A stretch of DNA of 64,000 nt from an uncultured Acidobacteriota bacterium (GCA_963784195.1 CAWARA010000013.1:104687-168686); one strand, 5' to 3'; positions 27,076-36,966 are shown, counted from the stretch's first letter. Notes: generated by a model from the sequence alone, not told the origin. Numbers and translations are program-made.

Positions 27076-29983
27076 TGCCAGATCGTTGGCGAGACGTGAC
27101 GGAGATCTTTCATACCGCCCTGGCGCGGGATGCCGCGACGCGCGGGGCGTATCTCGCAGAAACCTGCCGGGATGACGTGTCGCTGCGGGCCGACGTCGAT
27201 GCGCTGCTCGCGGCTCATGACGAGGCTGGATCATTCGGCGCAACGCCCGTCTTCATGCCAGCCGATTCGCCCCGCCTCGAGCCTGGAACCACGCTGGGTC
27301 TGTATCGCATCGAGGCACTGCTCGGCGCCGGTGGCATGGGCGAGGTCTACCGCGCCAGGGACACGCGTCTCGAACGCGACGTTGCCGTGAAGGTCCTGCC
27401 GCCGGAGGCGGCCGACGCCGAGCGCCGGCAGCGCTTTGCCCGCGAGGCCCAGATCATCGCCTCGCTCAACCACCCCAACATCGTCACCCTCCATTCCGTC
27501 GAGCAAAGCGGCGACCATCACTTCCTGACGATGGAGCTCGTGGACGGGAAGACCCTGCGCGAGCTGATTCCGTCCGGCGGCCTTCCCGCTCGATCGGCTG
27601 CTCGACATCGCCATTCCGCTCGCCGATGCGGTGGGCGCGGCCCACGCACGGGGCGTTGTTCATCGCGACCTCAAGCCTGGCAACGTGATGGTCACGCCGG
27701 ACGGACGGGTCAAGGTGCTCGACTTCGGGCTCGCGAAGCTGAAGCCGGCCGAGCGCGATCTCCGGCATGCCGGGCACAGTGGTGGCAGATGACATCACCG
27801 ATGACAAGCGCGTGCTGGGCACGGCCGCCTACATGTCGCCGGAACAGGCTGAAGGACGCGAGGTCGATCACCGATCCGACATCTTCTCGCTGGGGGTGCT
27901 GTTATACGAGCTGGCCGTCGGACGGCGGCCCTTCGCGGGAGGATCGACCGGGTTTATGCTCTCGTCCCTCCTCAGGGACACTCCGCCGGCTGTGACGGAG
28001 CTGAGACCGGAGCTGCCGCCCGATCTCGGACGCCTCATACGGCGCTGCCTCGCCAAAGACCCGAACCGCCGATGTCAGTCTGCGCTCGACCTGAGGAACG
28101 AACTGGAGGAGATCAGGACAGGATCTGGAGTCCGGCAGCTATCGAAGCCGTTGCGCAGGCGCGGCCGTGCCCGCGCCGCCTCGGCGGTTGAAGCGCCGAC
28201 TGTGGCTGGCCGTAGCTGCGATCCCGCTGGCAAGCGCCGTCGCCATTGGGTATGTCGCCTGGGCAAGGGGGCGGGGAGTAGCGCTGCACGACCGCTACGG
28301 CTCACCGTGCAGCCTCCGTCTGGCGTTCGCCTGACAGAATCGGCTGCGGCGCCCTGGCTGGCGATCTCGCCCGACGGTCAGTGGATGGCTTTTCACGGCG
28401 TCAGCAACGATCCGAATCGGAGTGGTCTGTACCTCCGGTCGGCAAGCGACCTCGAGCCGAGGCTTGTTATCGGTGGACGACCTGGTTCGACCTTCACCCC
28501 CTCTTTCTCACCCGACAGCCAATGGCTGGCCTATTGGGCGGACGGCGCGATTTGGAAGATCCCGGTTACGGGGGGCGAACCCGTACGTATTTGCGAAGCT
28601 AAGGCGACTCACTTCGTCCGGGTTGGGGTGACGATGGCACGATCGTCCTCACGAACAGGACGGACGGCGGGCTCTGGCGCGTTTCGGATCGGGGGGGCAG
28701 CCGGGCGTCCTATCGCCTCCCGTCGCGGGAGAGCGACACTTTAGTGCGCATGTCCTCCCCGGCAGCGAAGCGGCTCTGTTTACGATCAGCGCGGGCGTGG
28801 GGCGAAGCACAACGAATGATTGCCCTCGTGTCGTTGAAGACCGGCGCCATCCGCAAGTTGTTCGCGGGCAGTTCCCCTCGATACGTCCGCGGCGGGTTTC
28901 TGGTCTTCCGGCGGCTCGACGCCGTGCATGTCGCGCCGTTCGATCTCGCGCGACTGGAGGTGACCGGTGATCCGCGGCCCGTGCTCCAAGACGTCAATTA
29001 CTACCCCTACACTGGAGCTTCAGCGTTCGATGTCTCGAGTGACGGATCGCTGATCTACACGCCGGGGGCTCCGCGAACGGAGAACTCCGAGCTGGTCTGG
29101 CTCGATCGCCAGGGTCGCACCGAAGCTGCTGGCGGTCGAGCGCCAAGCCTACAGTAGAGCGGAACTGGATCGCCGAAGGTCAACGCGTCGCAGTGCACAT
29201 CAACTCGAGCCTGAATGATGGTGATCTCTCTGTGTACGACATCCGCGCCAGGAGCTGGACTCGTCTCACACAGGGGCTTGAGACGCTCAGCTCGATTGTC
29301 TGGTCTTCGGACGGACAGTGGATCTTCTTCAGTTCGAAACGGTCAGGATACCCCAAGCTGTTCCGCATCCGCGCCAATGGCGGGGCGCCCGAGCCGCTCA
29401 CGGACGGCTCGCATTGACGGAATAGGCTCTGAGCTTCTACGGCAATGTGGTGCTGTTCGCGCGCCAGGCATAGAGAGTGCAGGCGTTGTCGCCCTCTGAC
29501 GCTGACGCTCGACCCTCGAGGAGCGCCGGAGCGGCTCCCGCACATCGAAGTCATAAAGGTCCAAAAAATTAAGGAAAGTTCTCCCAGACGGCCACTGGGT
29601 AGCGTACGTCGTCGCTCGGGCGCAGCAGATCTTCGTGCAGCCGTTCGAAGGTTCGAAAGAATCCCGACGTCACTACGTCGCGGCTAGGGATGGGGCCCTC
29701 GCTGGAGTCGAGACGGCCGGAGTCTGTTCTTTCGTCGAGACCGAGAGATCTGGCAGGTTCCTGTCCACACGGGGCGGGGGCGGTAACGACTTCCAGGCCG
29801 GCACACCAGAACTCCTGATCAGGCACGATTCGCTGATCTCCGCGAGGCGACGGCCTGGTCGAGCCGTCGTCGGACGGCCAGCGGTTTCTTCTGGTCCGAA
29901 CCCCGGAGCGGGAGCGGAAGGAGCGACTCCTCGTGTATGTTCCGAACTGGCTGGACGAAGTGAAGGAGGCGTTGAAACGTTAG
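27072..29983 (+). pseudogene. Ser/Thr kinase - TM - TolB-like beta-propeller gene (module 1), multiply frameshifted
   Basis: ATGA stop/start overlap with the sigma remnant. The kinase domain (GAGGMGEVYRARD ... [26 protein letters not shown]) is split by shifts near 27586 (one extra nt vs module 2) and 27760. Propeller blades (ISPDGQW.AF, FSPDSQWLAYWA) are spread over all three frames to TAG 29981-29983. Confidence 0.8.
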
Positions 29984-30068
29984 TTCATCACGAGGGTTCA
30001 ACCACGAGGGTTCATTCCGAGAGTTAAATAAAGGAGGTTCACCGCGTCGGTTCATTACTGTCACGAAC
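29983..30068. repeat. GGTTCA-unit array, family 3, copy 2 (degenerate)
   Basis: gttcatcacgag, ggttcaaccacgag, ggttcattccgag, agttaaataaagga, ggttcaccgcgtc and ggttcattactgtcacgaac lie directly after the module 1 stop. Confidence 0.65.
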
Positions 30069-30296
30069 TGCAGCACCGGAGTCGGACCTTCTCGGTGATC
30101 TCTTCGGAGGATGGCGGATTCTCGCTGAGCTAGAGAGTGTGCAGGACCTCGTGGATGAGAGCCACACGAGTGCGCGGAACTGTCGCGCAGGTTTGCAGGA
30201 CCGAGCGGCGCAAACGAACACGACCGACTCCTGGTGCTGTGAACGCCTGGGTGTCTCCGCACGCTGATTCTGGCTTCCATCCAGAACGATGACAAA

Positions 30297-30607
30297 CGGA
30301 TAAGATAGAGATATATAAGATGAGAGATGTGAGTGTGATGAGAGAAGATTGTGTTGATATTGTAGTATTTGATAGTGAGATTATTAGAGATTATAATTTT
30401 TTTATTTTGTGACGCACAAATATGAAAAAAAAAGATGATGAGATATAGAGATAAGTATGATTAGAGAAGTGAGAAGAATTAACTAGAAAGTAAATGAGAT
30501 ATAATGAATGATAATGAAAGATGATGTTGATAATAAAAGTTTTAGATATTATTGAGAGAAATACTATAATAGATTAAAAAATAGCTTTCCAAAGAAAGAT
30601 AAGAAAA
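30297..30607. other. C-depleted AT-rich island (24% G+C) of unknown nature
   Basis: Hand count of 30301-30600 gives A133 T94 G65 C8. C-free runs are 30298-30412 (115 nt), 30418-30482 (65 nt) and 30484-30563 (80 nt). No ORF exceeds 30 codons. The flanks are G+C-rich. Confidence 0.9.
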
Positions 30608-30691
30608 TCTGGGCAGAGTTACTCAACGCCGAACGACTGTCTAGACTGATGGAGGCTGTCGCAGCAGGATTGGACCGATGAAGGGGCGCCG

Positions 30692-31255
30692 GTGAGCGCG
30701 ACAGACGTGACGACGCTGCTGCACGCCTGGAGCGCTGAGGACGCCGGAGCGCGAGACCAGCAAAGCGCTGGTACCAGGACCTACACGGGCGCGCGGCGGC
30801 ATACTGCGCAGAGAGCGACGAGACCACACAATGCAGCTGACCGCTCTAGTACACGAAGCCTACCTTCGACTGATCAATCAAAAACGAACAGCGTGGCAGA
30901 ATCGTGCGCAGTTTCTGAGCGTCGCGTAAGAGATGATGAGGCGAATGCTCGTGGACTACGCGAGGCGCGCCAAGATGGCCAAGCGGTCGGGCTGATGGGT
31001 TCAGGTCACGCTGGACGAGCGAGTGATCGGTGCTTGTTCACCGCACGTCGATGTCCTGATGCTGGATCAGGCGCTGACAGGCTGGCGGAGTTCGATCCCA
31101 GCAAGAGCCGGATCGCTGAACTAAATTTTTTAGGTGGCCTATCATTAGAAGAGATGGCGCACGTGCTGGATATCTCCGTGGCAACGGCGGAGCGAGACTG
31201 GAAGGCCGCGCGCGCATGGCTATAAGAGGCCTTGAAGGGCGAGCGACCGCGATGA
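30692..31255 (+). pseudogene. ECF sigma factor pseudogene (module 2): indels and three in-frame stops
   Basis: VSATDVTTLLHAWSAEDAGARD is followed by small indels at 30750-30810. The sequence continues ..RRERRDHTMQLTALVHEAYLRLINQKRTAWQNRAQFLSVA*EMMRRMLVDYARRAKMAKRSG*WVQVTLDE.., with TAA at 30927 and TGA at 30993 in the same frame. After a shift near 31078 it reads LAEFDPSKSRIAELNFLGGLSLEEMAHVLDISVATAERDWKAARAWL*, with TAA at 31223. This is the TIGR02999-like ECF pattern. Confidence 0.8.
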
Positions 31256-34167
31256 CACCGGATCGGTGGCGACAGGTGACGGAGATCTTTCATACTGCGC
31301 TGGCGCGCGACGTGACGATGCGCGGGGCTATCTCGCAGAAACCTGCCGGGATGACGAGTCGCTGCGGGCCGACGTCGAGCGGCTTCTGGCGGCTCATAGC
31401 GACCCGAGGCCGCATCATTCGGCGCGACGCCCGTCTTCGCGCAGAGCGATTCGCCCCGACTCGAGCCTGGAAAGACGCTGGGTCTGTATCGCATCGAGGC
31501 GCTGATCGGCGCCGGTGGTATGGGCGAGGTCTACCGCGCCCGGGACACGCGTCTCGGACGCGACGTGGCGGTGAAGGTGCTGCCGCGCGAGGCGGCCGAC
31601 GTCGAGCGCCAGCAGCGGTTCGCTCGCGAGGCACAGATCATCGCTTCGCTCAACCACCCCAACATCGTCACCCTCCATTCGGTCGAGCAAAGTGGCGACC
31701 ATCACTTTCTGACGATGGAGCTTGTAGAGGGCAAGACGCTGCGCGAGCTGATTCCGCCTGGCGGCCTGCCGCTCGATCGGCTGCTCGACATCGCCATTCC
31801 GCTCGCCGATGCCGTGGGCGCGGCCCACGCGCGCGGCGTTGTCCATCGCGACCTCAAGCCAGGCAACGTCATGGTCACGCCTGACGGACGAGTCAAGATG
31901 CTCGACTTCGGGCTCGCGAAGCTGAACAACGGTTCCCGCGATCGCCGGCGATGTGACCACGGCGGCAGAGCATGAGATCACCGAAGACAACCGCGTGCTG
32001 GGCACGGTCGCCTACATGTCGCCGGAGCAGGCTGAGGGGCACGACGGTCGATCACCGGTCCGACATCTTCTCGCTCGGGGTGCTGTTCTACGAGCTGGCC
32101 GTCGGCCAGCGGCCCTTCGCAGGCGAATCGACCGCGCTGCTGCTGTCGTCCATCCTCAAGGACACACCGTCGTCAGTGACGGAGCGCCGACCGGATCTGC
32201 CGCCCGAGCTCGGACGCCTCGTGCGGCGCTGCCTCGCCAAAGACCCGAACCGCCGATACCAGTCTGCGCTCGACCTGAGGAACGAGCTGGAAGAGATTCG
32301 GCAGGATATGCAGTCCGGCGATTTGAAGGCGAGCAGCAGCAAAGCTGTGGCTGCCGAGCGTGGCCCATTGAGACGCTCGCTGTGGTTCGTCATGAGCCTG
32401 ATGCGGCTTGCCGGCACGGCGGTGTCGCCTATCTCGCGTGGCCGAAACCGGCGACGCAGGCGCGCACGCAGAGACTACGAACCACCGTGGAGCCTCCATC
32501 AGGCGTTCAAATGCCGCGACAAAACGCGGTGCCGATCCTCGCGATCTCGCCCGACGGTCAATGGGTCGCGTTTCACGGCGTCAGCAGCGATCGAAGTAGA
32601 AGCGGTCTGTATCTCCGGTCGTTGAGCGAGCTCGAGCCCAGGTTTGTGAGGGAAGGAGAGGGGTCGTCGCCGTTCTTCTCCCCTGACAGCAAGTGGCTCG
32701 GCTTCTGGGCGAATGGATCGATCTGGAAGATGCGGGTGGATGGCACCCAACACGAGCCGATCTGCGATGCGCCAAACCAGCTTCGCGGTGCGAGCTGGGG
32801 TGACGATAACAGGATCGTCTTTACGGACGGCGCGGACGGCGCCCTCCGGCGCGTCCGGGCCGACGGGGGAACACCGACGGTCCTGACCAGTCCCACCGCG
32901 GACGTCAGAATGTATTACTTCCCGCACGTCCTGCCGGGCAGTAAAGCCGCGTTCGTGATGCTGCTCACGAAGGATCCAAAGACGATCGGACTGGTGTCCC
33001 TGGAGACGGGCGCGATTCTCCACACGTTGTTCGCGGGCAGCACCCCGCGATTTGTGCAGGGATTCCTGGTGTTCCGCAGGTTCGAGACCCTGCACGCCGC
33101 GCCCTTCGACCTCACAAGGCCTGAGGGTGACAGGTGAGTCGCAGAGGGTGCTCGAGGGTGTCAGTTTCAATCCAGGTGGCTCGGAGACCTCGGCATTCGA
33201 TGTCTCGATGACGGGAGCGCTCGTCTTCACACCACCGCTGCCGCGGGTTGCAGAGGCGGAGTTGGTCTGGCTCGACGGTCAGGGACATACTCAAGACCGG
33301 TCGTCGCCGATCGCAGGGATTACAGTCTCCCTTCTCTCGACCCCGACGGGCGGCGTGTCGCGGTCCATGTTGCGAGTGCAGGCGACCGAGGACGTCTGGA
33401 CGTACGACATCGCCACCGGGAGCGGCACGCCAGATACGCGCGGACAAATGACGGGCGGTGAGATTGTCTGGTCTTCCGACGGACGATGGATCGTGTTTTC
33501 GCAGAAGCCGGGCACTCCCACTCTGTTCCGCATCCGCGCGGACGGCGGCGAACCGCAACAACTGTCAAGAGATGCCGAGTACGGCTCGACAAGAAAGCGC
33601 ACGATGACGCGAACAGCGTTCACGGCAACGTGCTGATGTTTTCGCGCCAGGTTGGGCCCGACGACTATGACCTCCTGACGATGCCGCTCGAGCCTCCTGG
33701 CGTGCCGCAGCCGTTCCTCGGAAGTGACGTGAACACCGTCGATGCGCAGATTTCGCCCGACGGACGCTGGGTCGCGTACATCGCTCTCGATGCGACTGGG
33801 CGGCAGATTCTTGTGCGCTCGTTCTCCGACCCTGCGCGGGGTCCAGTCCATGTGGCCTCGGAGGCTCGCAGGGCCCGGTGGAGTCGGCGACGGACGGAGG
33901 CTGTTTTATAGCAAACTCAAAGGCGGTGCGATCTGGAGCGTTCAGGTCGCACCGGCTGCGACCGGGGCAGACTTCCAGGCGGGGCCCCCGGTGCTCGCGT
34001 CAGGCAGTGTCACCCTCGATCCTGAAATCGAGGCCAACTTTCCCGAGCCCTCGCTGGACGGCACCCGGTTTCACGTCGTCAAGCGGCCGCATCCAGGGCG
34101 CACCGAGCCGCAACTCTTTTATGTCCCGAACTGGCTGGCCGAGGTCAGGGAGGCGTTCAAACGTTAG
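31252..34167 (+). pseudogene. Ser/Thr kinase - TM - TolB-like beta-propeller gene (module 2), multiply frameshifted
   Basis: ATGA overlap with the sigma pseudogene. MTPDRWRQVTEIFHTALARD.., GAGGMGEVYRARD...[52 protein letters not shown] and propeller blades (ISPDGQWVAFHG, FSPDSKWLGFWA, ISPDGRWVAYIA) lie in different frames. Shifts fall near 31325, 31400, 31945, 32040, 32430, 33125 and later. The gene ends at TAG 34165-34167. Confidence 0.8.
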
Positions 34168-34210
34168 TTCATCACGAGGGTTCATTCCGAGGGTTCATAC
34201 GAAGGTTCAC
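34166..34210. repeat. GGTTCA-unit array, family 3, copy 3
   Basis: gttcatcacgag, ggttcattccgag, ggttcatacgaa and ggttcac lie directly after the module 2 stop. Confidence 0.65.
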
Positions 34211-34221
34211 CCAGTGGAGCC

Positions 34222-34380
34222 CTATCTAGCAAAATACTCCGTCGGATCGACAATCGCGTCGATGACCGCCGGCCGATCCACGCTCAGCGCTTCGCGCACC
34301 GCGGCGTCGAGTTGCTCCATCGTCTCCACCCGCCGCGCCCACGCGCCCAGCCCGGCAGACGCTGCGGCGAAATCCATGGT
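34222..34380 (-). pseudogene. Duplicated 3'-terminal fragment of the TPP-dependent enzyme gene
   Basis: The translation ..DFAAASAGLGAWARRVETMEQLDAAVREALSVDRPAVIDAIVDPTEYFAR* nearly equals the C-terminus of the 35332-36966 gene. The nucleotide match 34234-34380 vs 35364-35510 has ~7 mismatches in 147 nt. No N-terminal part is present. Confidence 0.8.
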
Positions 34381-34576
34381 GGGGAGTCTACTCGCCGCGG
34401 GCGCGAGCGCAGCGAGAGTATGAGCGGAGGCCGTTTTCCGGCTCGCGGAAGTCGGCCTCGGACGGACAAGGCCGGCGCTGCGTCGGCAGCCGCATAGCCG
34501 CGCGGGACAGCGCGGGAGCTCCGCGTGGACACCCGGCAATCAGATACGTTGGGAGTTGGGAAAGGTGACGGTGTAG

Positions 34577-34666
34577 CCGTAGTCCGTGGTTCGTAGTTCG
34601 TGTCTCGCCGGACGACTCAATCCCGCGACGAGCGACGGACTACGGACTACGGACCACGGACCACGG
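34577..34666. repeat. Palindromic intergenic repeat, family 1, copy 3
   Basis: ccgtagtccgtggttcgtagttcgtgtctcgc ... gcgacgagcgacggactacggactacggaccacggaccacgg. Confidence 0.75.
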
Positions 34667-34763
34667 ACATAGCCCATCGCCAAGGCGAGACTGTTGGTGA
34701 TAATCTTCGCGTTCGCCACCGTCATCCAGGTTGTCTCGAACCTTATCCCCCCACTAAGGAAGG

Positions 34764-35252
34764 ATGAAGATGATGCCGAAGGTCACGCGCGTCACGATCG
34801 TTTTCGCGGCGGGAATGCTCGCGGCGGCGGTGCTGGCCACCGCGCAGACCAAAGATCCGTTCGTCGGCACTTGGACCCTGAACGTCGCCAAGAGCAAGTA
34901 CGATCCGGGTCCCGGACCGAAGGGCGGGACGACTACCTATGAGCCGGCAGGGAAGGGCTTCAAGGTCACGGTAAAATCCGAGCCCGCCTCAGGGCCGGCG
35001 CTCCAGTGGTCCTATACGACCGACCTCGATGGCAAGGACTCACCGATGACGGGCAACCCGAATGCCGACTCGATCGCAGTGAAACGAGTCGACCCCAACA
35101 CCCACGAGGCGGTGGCCAAGAAGGGCGGGAAAGAGCTGACGAAGCAGAAGCGCGTCGTCAGCGGCGACGGAAAGACGCTGACCATTACGATGACGGGCAT
35201 TAATGCCCAAGGCCAGAAGGTCAATAACGTCGCTGTGTACGACAAGAAATAG
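34764..35252 (+). CDS. Small secreted lipocalin-like beta-barrel protein (function unknown)
   Basis: AAGGAAGG RBS. In-frame ATGs at 34764, 34770 and 34773 make the true start ambiguous. The signal peptide is ..VTIVFAAGMLAAAVLATAQ. DPFVGTWTLNVAKSKY... is typical of lipocalin-like small barrel domains. Confidence 0.75.
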   Translation: MKMMPKVTRVTIVFAAGMLAAAVLATAQTKDPFVGTWTLNVAKSKYDPGPGPKGGTTTYEPAGKGFKVTVKSEPASGPALQWSYTTDLDGKDSPMTGNPNADSIAVKRVDPNTHEAVAKKGGKELTKQKRVVSGDGKTLTITMTGINAQGQKVNNVAVYDKK

Positions 35253-35331
35253 CGGGCGGCACTCCGTCGCGGCGCGCGAGCCTCAATCGATCGACTTTTC
35301 GTCCTCGCGCGCCGCTTCGTCACGCGGCGCA

Positions 35332-36966
35332 TCACGTCGCGCGTGACGCTGGCTCCCTGGGGAAGTACTCGGCCGGATCGACAACCACGTCGATGACCGC
35401 CGGTCGATCCACGCTCAGCGCTTCGCGCACCGCGGCGTCGAGCTGCTCCATCGTCTCCACCCGCCGCGCCCACGCGCCCAGCCCGGCAGACGCTGCGGCG
35501 AAATCCACGGATCCATAACGGACGCCAAGCGTCGGGTATCCCCGCCGCTGCTGCGACGCATCGATCAGGCTCAGGCTGCTGTCGTTGTAGACGACGGTCA
35601 CGAAGTGCAGGCGCTCGCGGATGCACGTCTCGATCTCGCCGAGTGTCATGCTGAACCCGCCGTCGCCGATCGTGCAGAGAATCGGACGGTCCGGGAACTG
35701 CAGACGGGCGGCCATGGCGCCTGGCATGCTGTAGCTCATCGCCGAAAGGCCGTTCGACTCGAAGAAGGTCAGTGGCTCGTAACTGGTCCAGGCCTGCGAC
35801 GTAATCATCTTCACGGACCCGACGTCGGTGACGAGCACGGTGTCGCGCGGAAAGAGCTCGCGCAGCCGGAGCGTCAGCTCGTAGCCGGAGAGACCGCGGA
35901 GCGGCGCCGCCGGACGGAGCGCGGCATCCAGGCCGCTTCGGAAACTGCAGCGATCCTCGGGCGTCCAGTCGTAGGGACCGAGTCGGGCGCGGCCGAGGGT
36001 TGCGAGGAGCTCGTTGACGTCGCCGATTGCCTCCGCGGCCGGCCGGAACTCGGCGTGCGCGATGGACATGGGGCCAAGCGACACGATCCGATCGGTGTCG
36101 TGCCAAAGCTTGTCCGACTCTACCGGCTCGAAGCCGACGCCGACGAGGAGGTCCGCCCGCGCGAAGCATTCGAGCACGACGCTGTCGGCGGAAACGCCGC
36201 CGCATACGCCGTAGAAGAGCGGATGATCTTCGGGCAACATGCCCTTCGCCTTCGGCGTCACGAACACCGGGACGCCGAGACGATCCACGAACTCGCGAAC
36301 AGCTGGAGCGTCGGTGTGCGGGTTGAGGTCGAGACCGAGAATCACGATCGGCCGGCGTGCGGTCTGCAGCCTGGTGACGATTCGGTCGATCGCATCAGGT
36401 TCGTGAACGCCGCCCGTCAGAAACCCCGGCGAAAACCGGCCAGTGACGCGATCCTCGGCGCGAGCGACGTCGCTCGGCAGCGCCAGGTGCACGGGGCCCA
36501 TGCGCGGCGCGACCGCAGCTGCGAGTGCGCATCTGACCTTCGCTTCGGTATCCTCGCCGTCCAGCGTCAGCGCCAGCTTGGTAAACGGCCGATACACGGC
36601 ATTCAGATCGAGATCCTGATGCGTGGCGACGCGCGTGGCCGTTCGAGCGAGGGTCGCGGTGATGGCGACGAGCGGCGATCGATCGAGGTAGGCGTTCGCG
36701 ACGCCGAGGGTCATGTTGACGGCGCCGGGACCGAGCGTCGCCACGCAGACGCCAGGCCGGCGCTGAATCTGTCCAGTGACGTCGGCCATGAACGACGCCG
36801 TCGCCTCGTGCCGTGTCAGCAGAAAGTCGATGCCCTCCCGGCGGGCGGCATCCATGAAATCGAGAATCTCGCCGCCGGGAAGGCCGAACATCCGGGTAAT
36901 CCCCGCCTCACGCAGCGCACGCGCCAGCAGTTCCGCCGTCGTCGGCATCCGCCCGGTCACTCTCAT
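35332..36966 (-). CDS. Thiamine-pyrophosphate-dependent enzyme (acetolactate synthase large-subunit-like)
   Basis: 544-aa ORF. TAELLARALREAGITRMFGLPGGEILDF is the N-terminal TPP pyrimidine-binding domain. GDGGFSM...NN is the C-terminal TPP/Mg motif. The start may be ATG 36948 instead of 36966. Confidence 0.9.
   Translation of the reverse strand: MRVTGRMPTTAELLARALREAGITRMFGLPGGEILDFMDAARREGIDFLLTRHEATASFMADVTGQIQRRPGVCVATLGPGAVNMTLGVANAYLDRSPLVAITATLARTATRVATHQDLDLNAVYRPFTKLALTLDGEDTEAKVRCALAAAVAPRMGPVHLALPSDVARAEDRVTGRFSPGFLTGGVHEPDAIDRIVTRLQTARRPIVILGLDLNPHTDAPAVREFVDRLGVPVFVTPKAKGMLPEDHPLFYGVCGGVSADSVVLECFARADLLVGVGFEPVESDKLWHDTDRIVSLGPMSIAHAEFRPAAEAIGDVNELLATLGRARLGPYDWTPEDRCSFRSGLDAALRPAAPLRGLSGYELTLRLRELFPRDTVLVTDVGSVKMITSQAWTSYEPLTFFESNGLSAMSYSMPGAMAARLQFPDRPILCTIGDGGFSMTLGEIETCIRERLHFVTVVYNDSSLSLIDASQQRRGYPTLGVRYGSVDFAAASAGLGAWARRVETMEQLDAAVREALSVDRPAVIDVVVDPAEYFPREPASRAT

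Noticed and set aside
30320-30412. 30-codon ORF (MRDVSVMREDCVDIVVFDSEIIRDYNFFIL) and several 5-15-codon ORFs inside the AT island
   Set aside because: With the measured base composition, stops are expected about every 8 codons, and roughly 15 ATGs are present. One 30-codon ORF is therefore within chance. No RBS is present and no conservation can be assessed.
30297-30607. AT island as a replication origin / DNA-unwinding element
   Set aside because: No DnaA-box-like motifs are possible, since TTATCCACA needs C's that are absent. There is no dnaA/dnaN neighbourhood, and the island lies inside a tandem repeat of pseudogenes.
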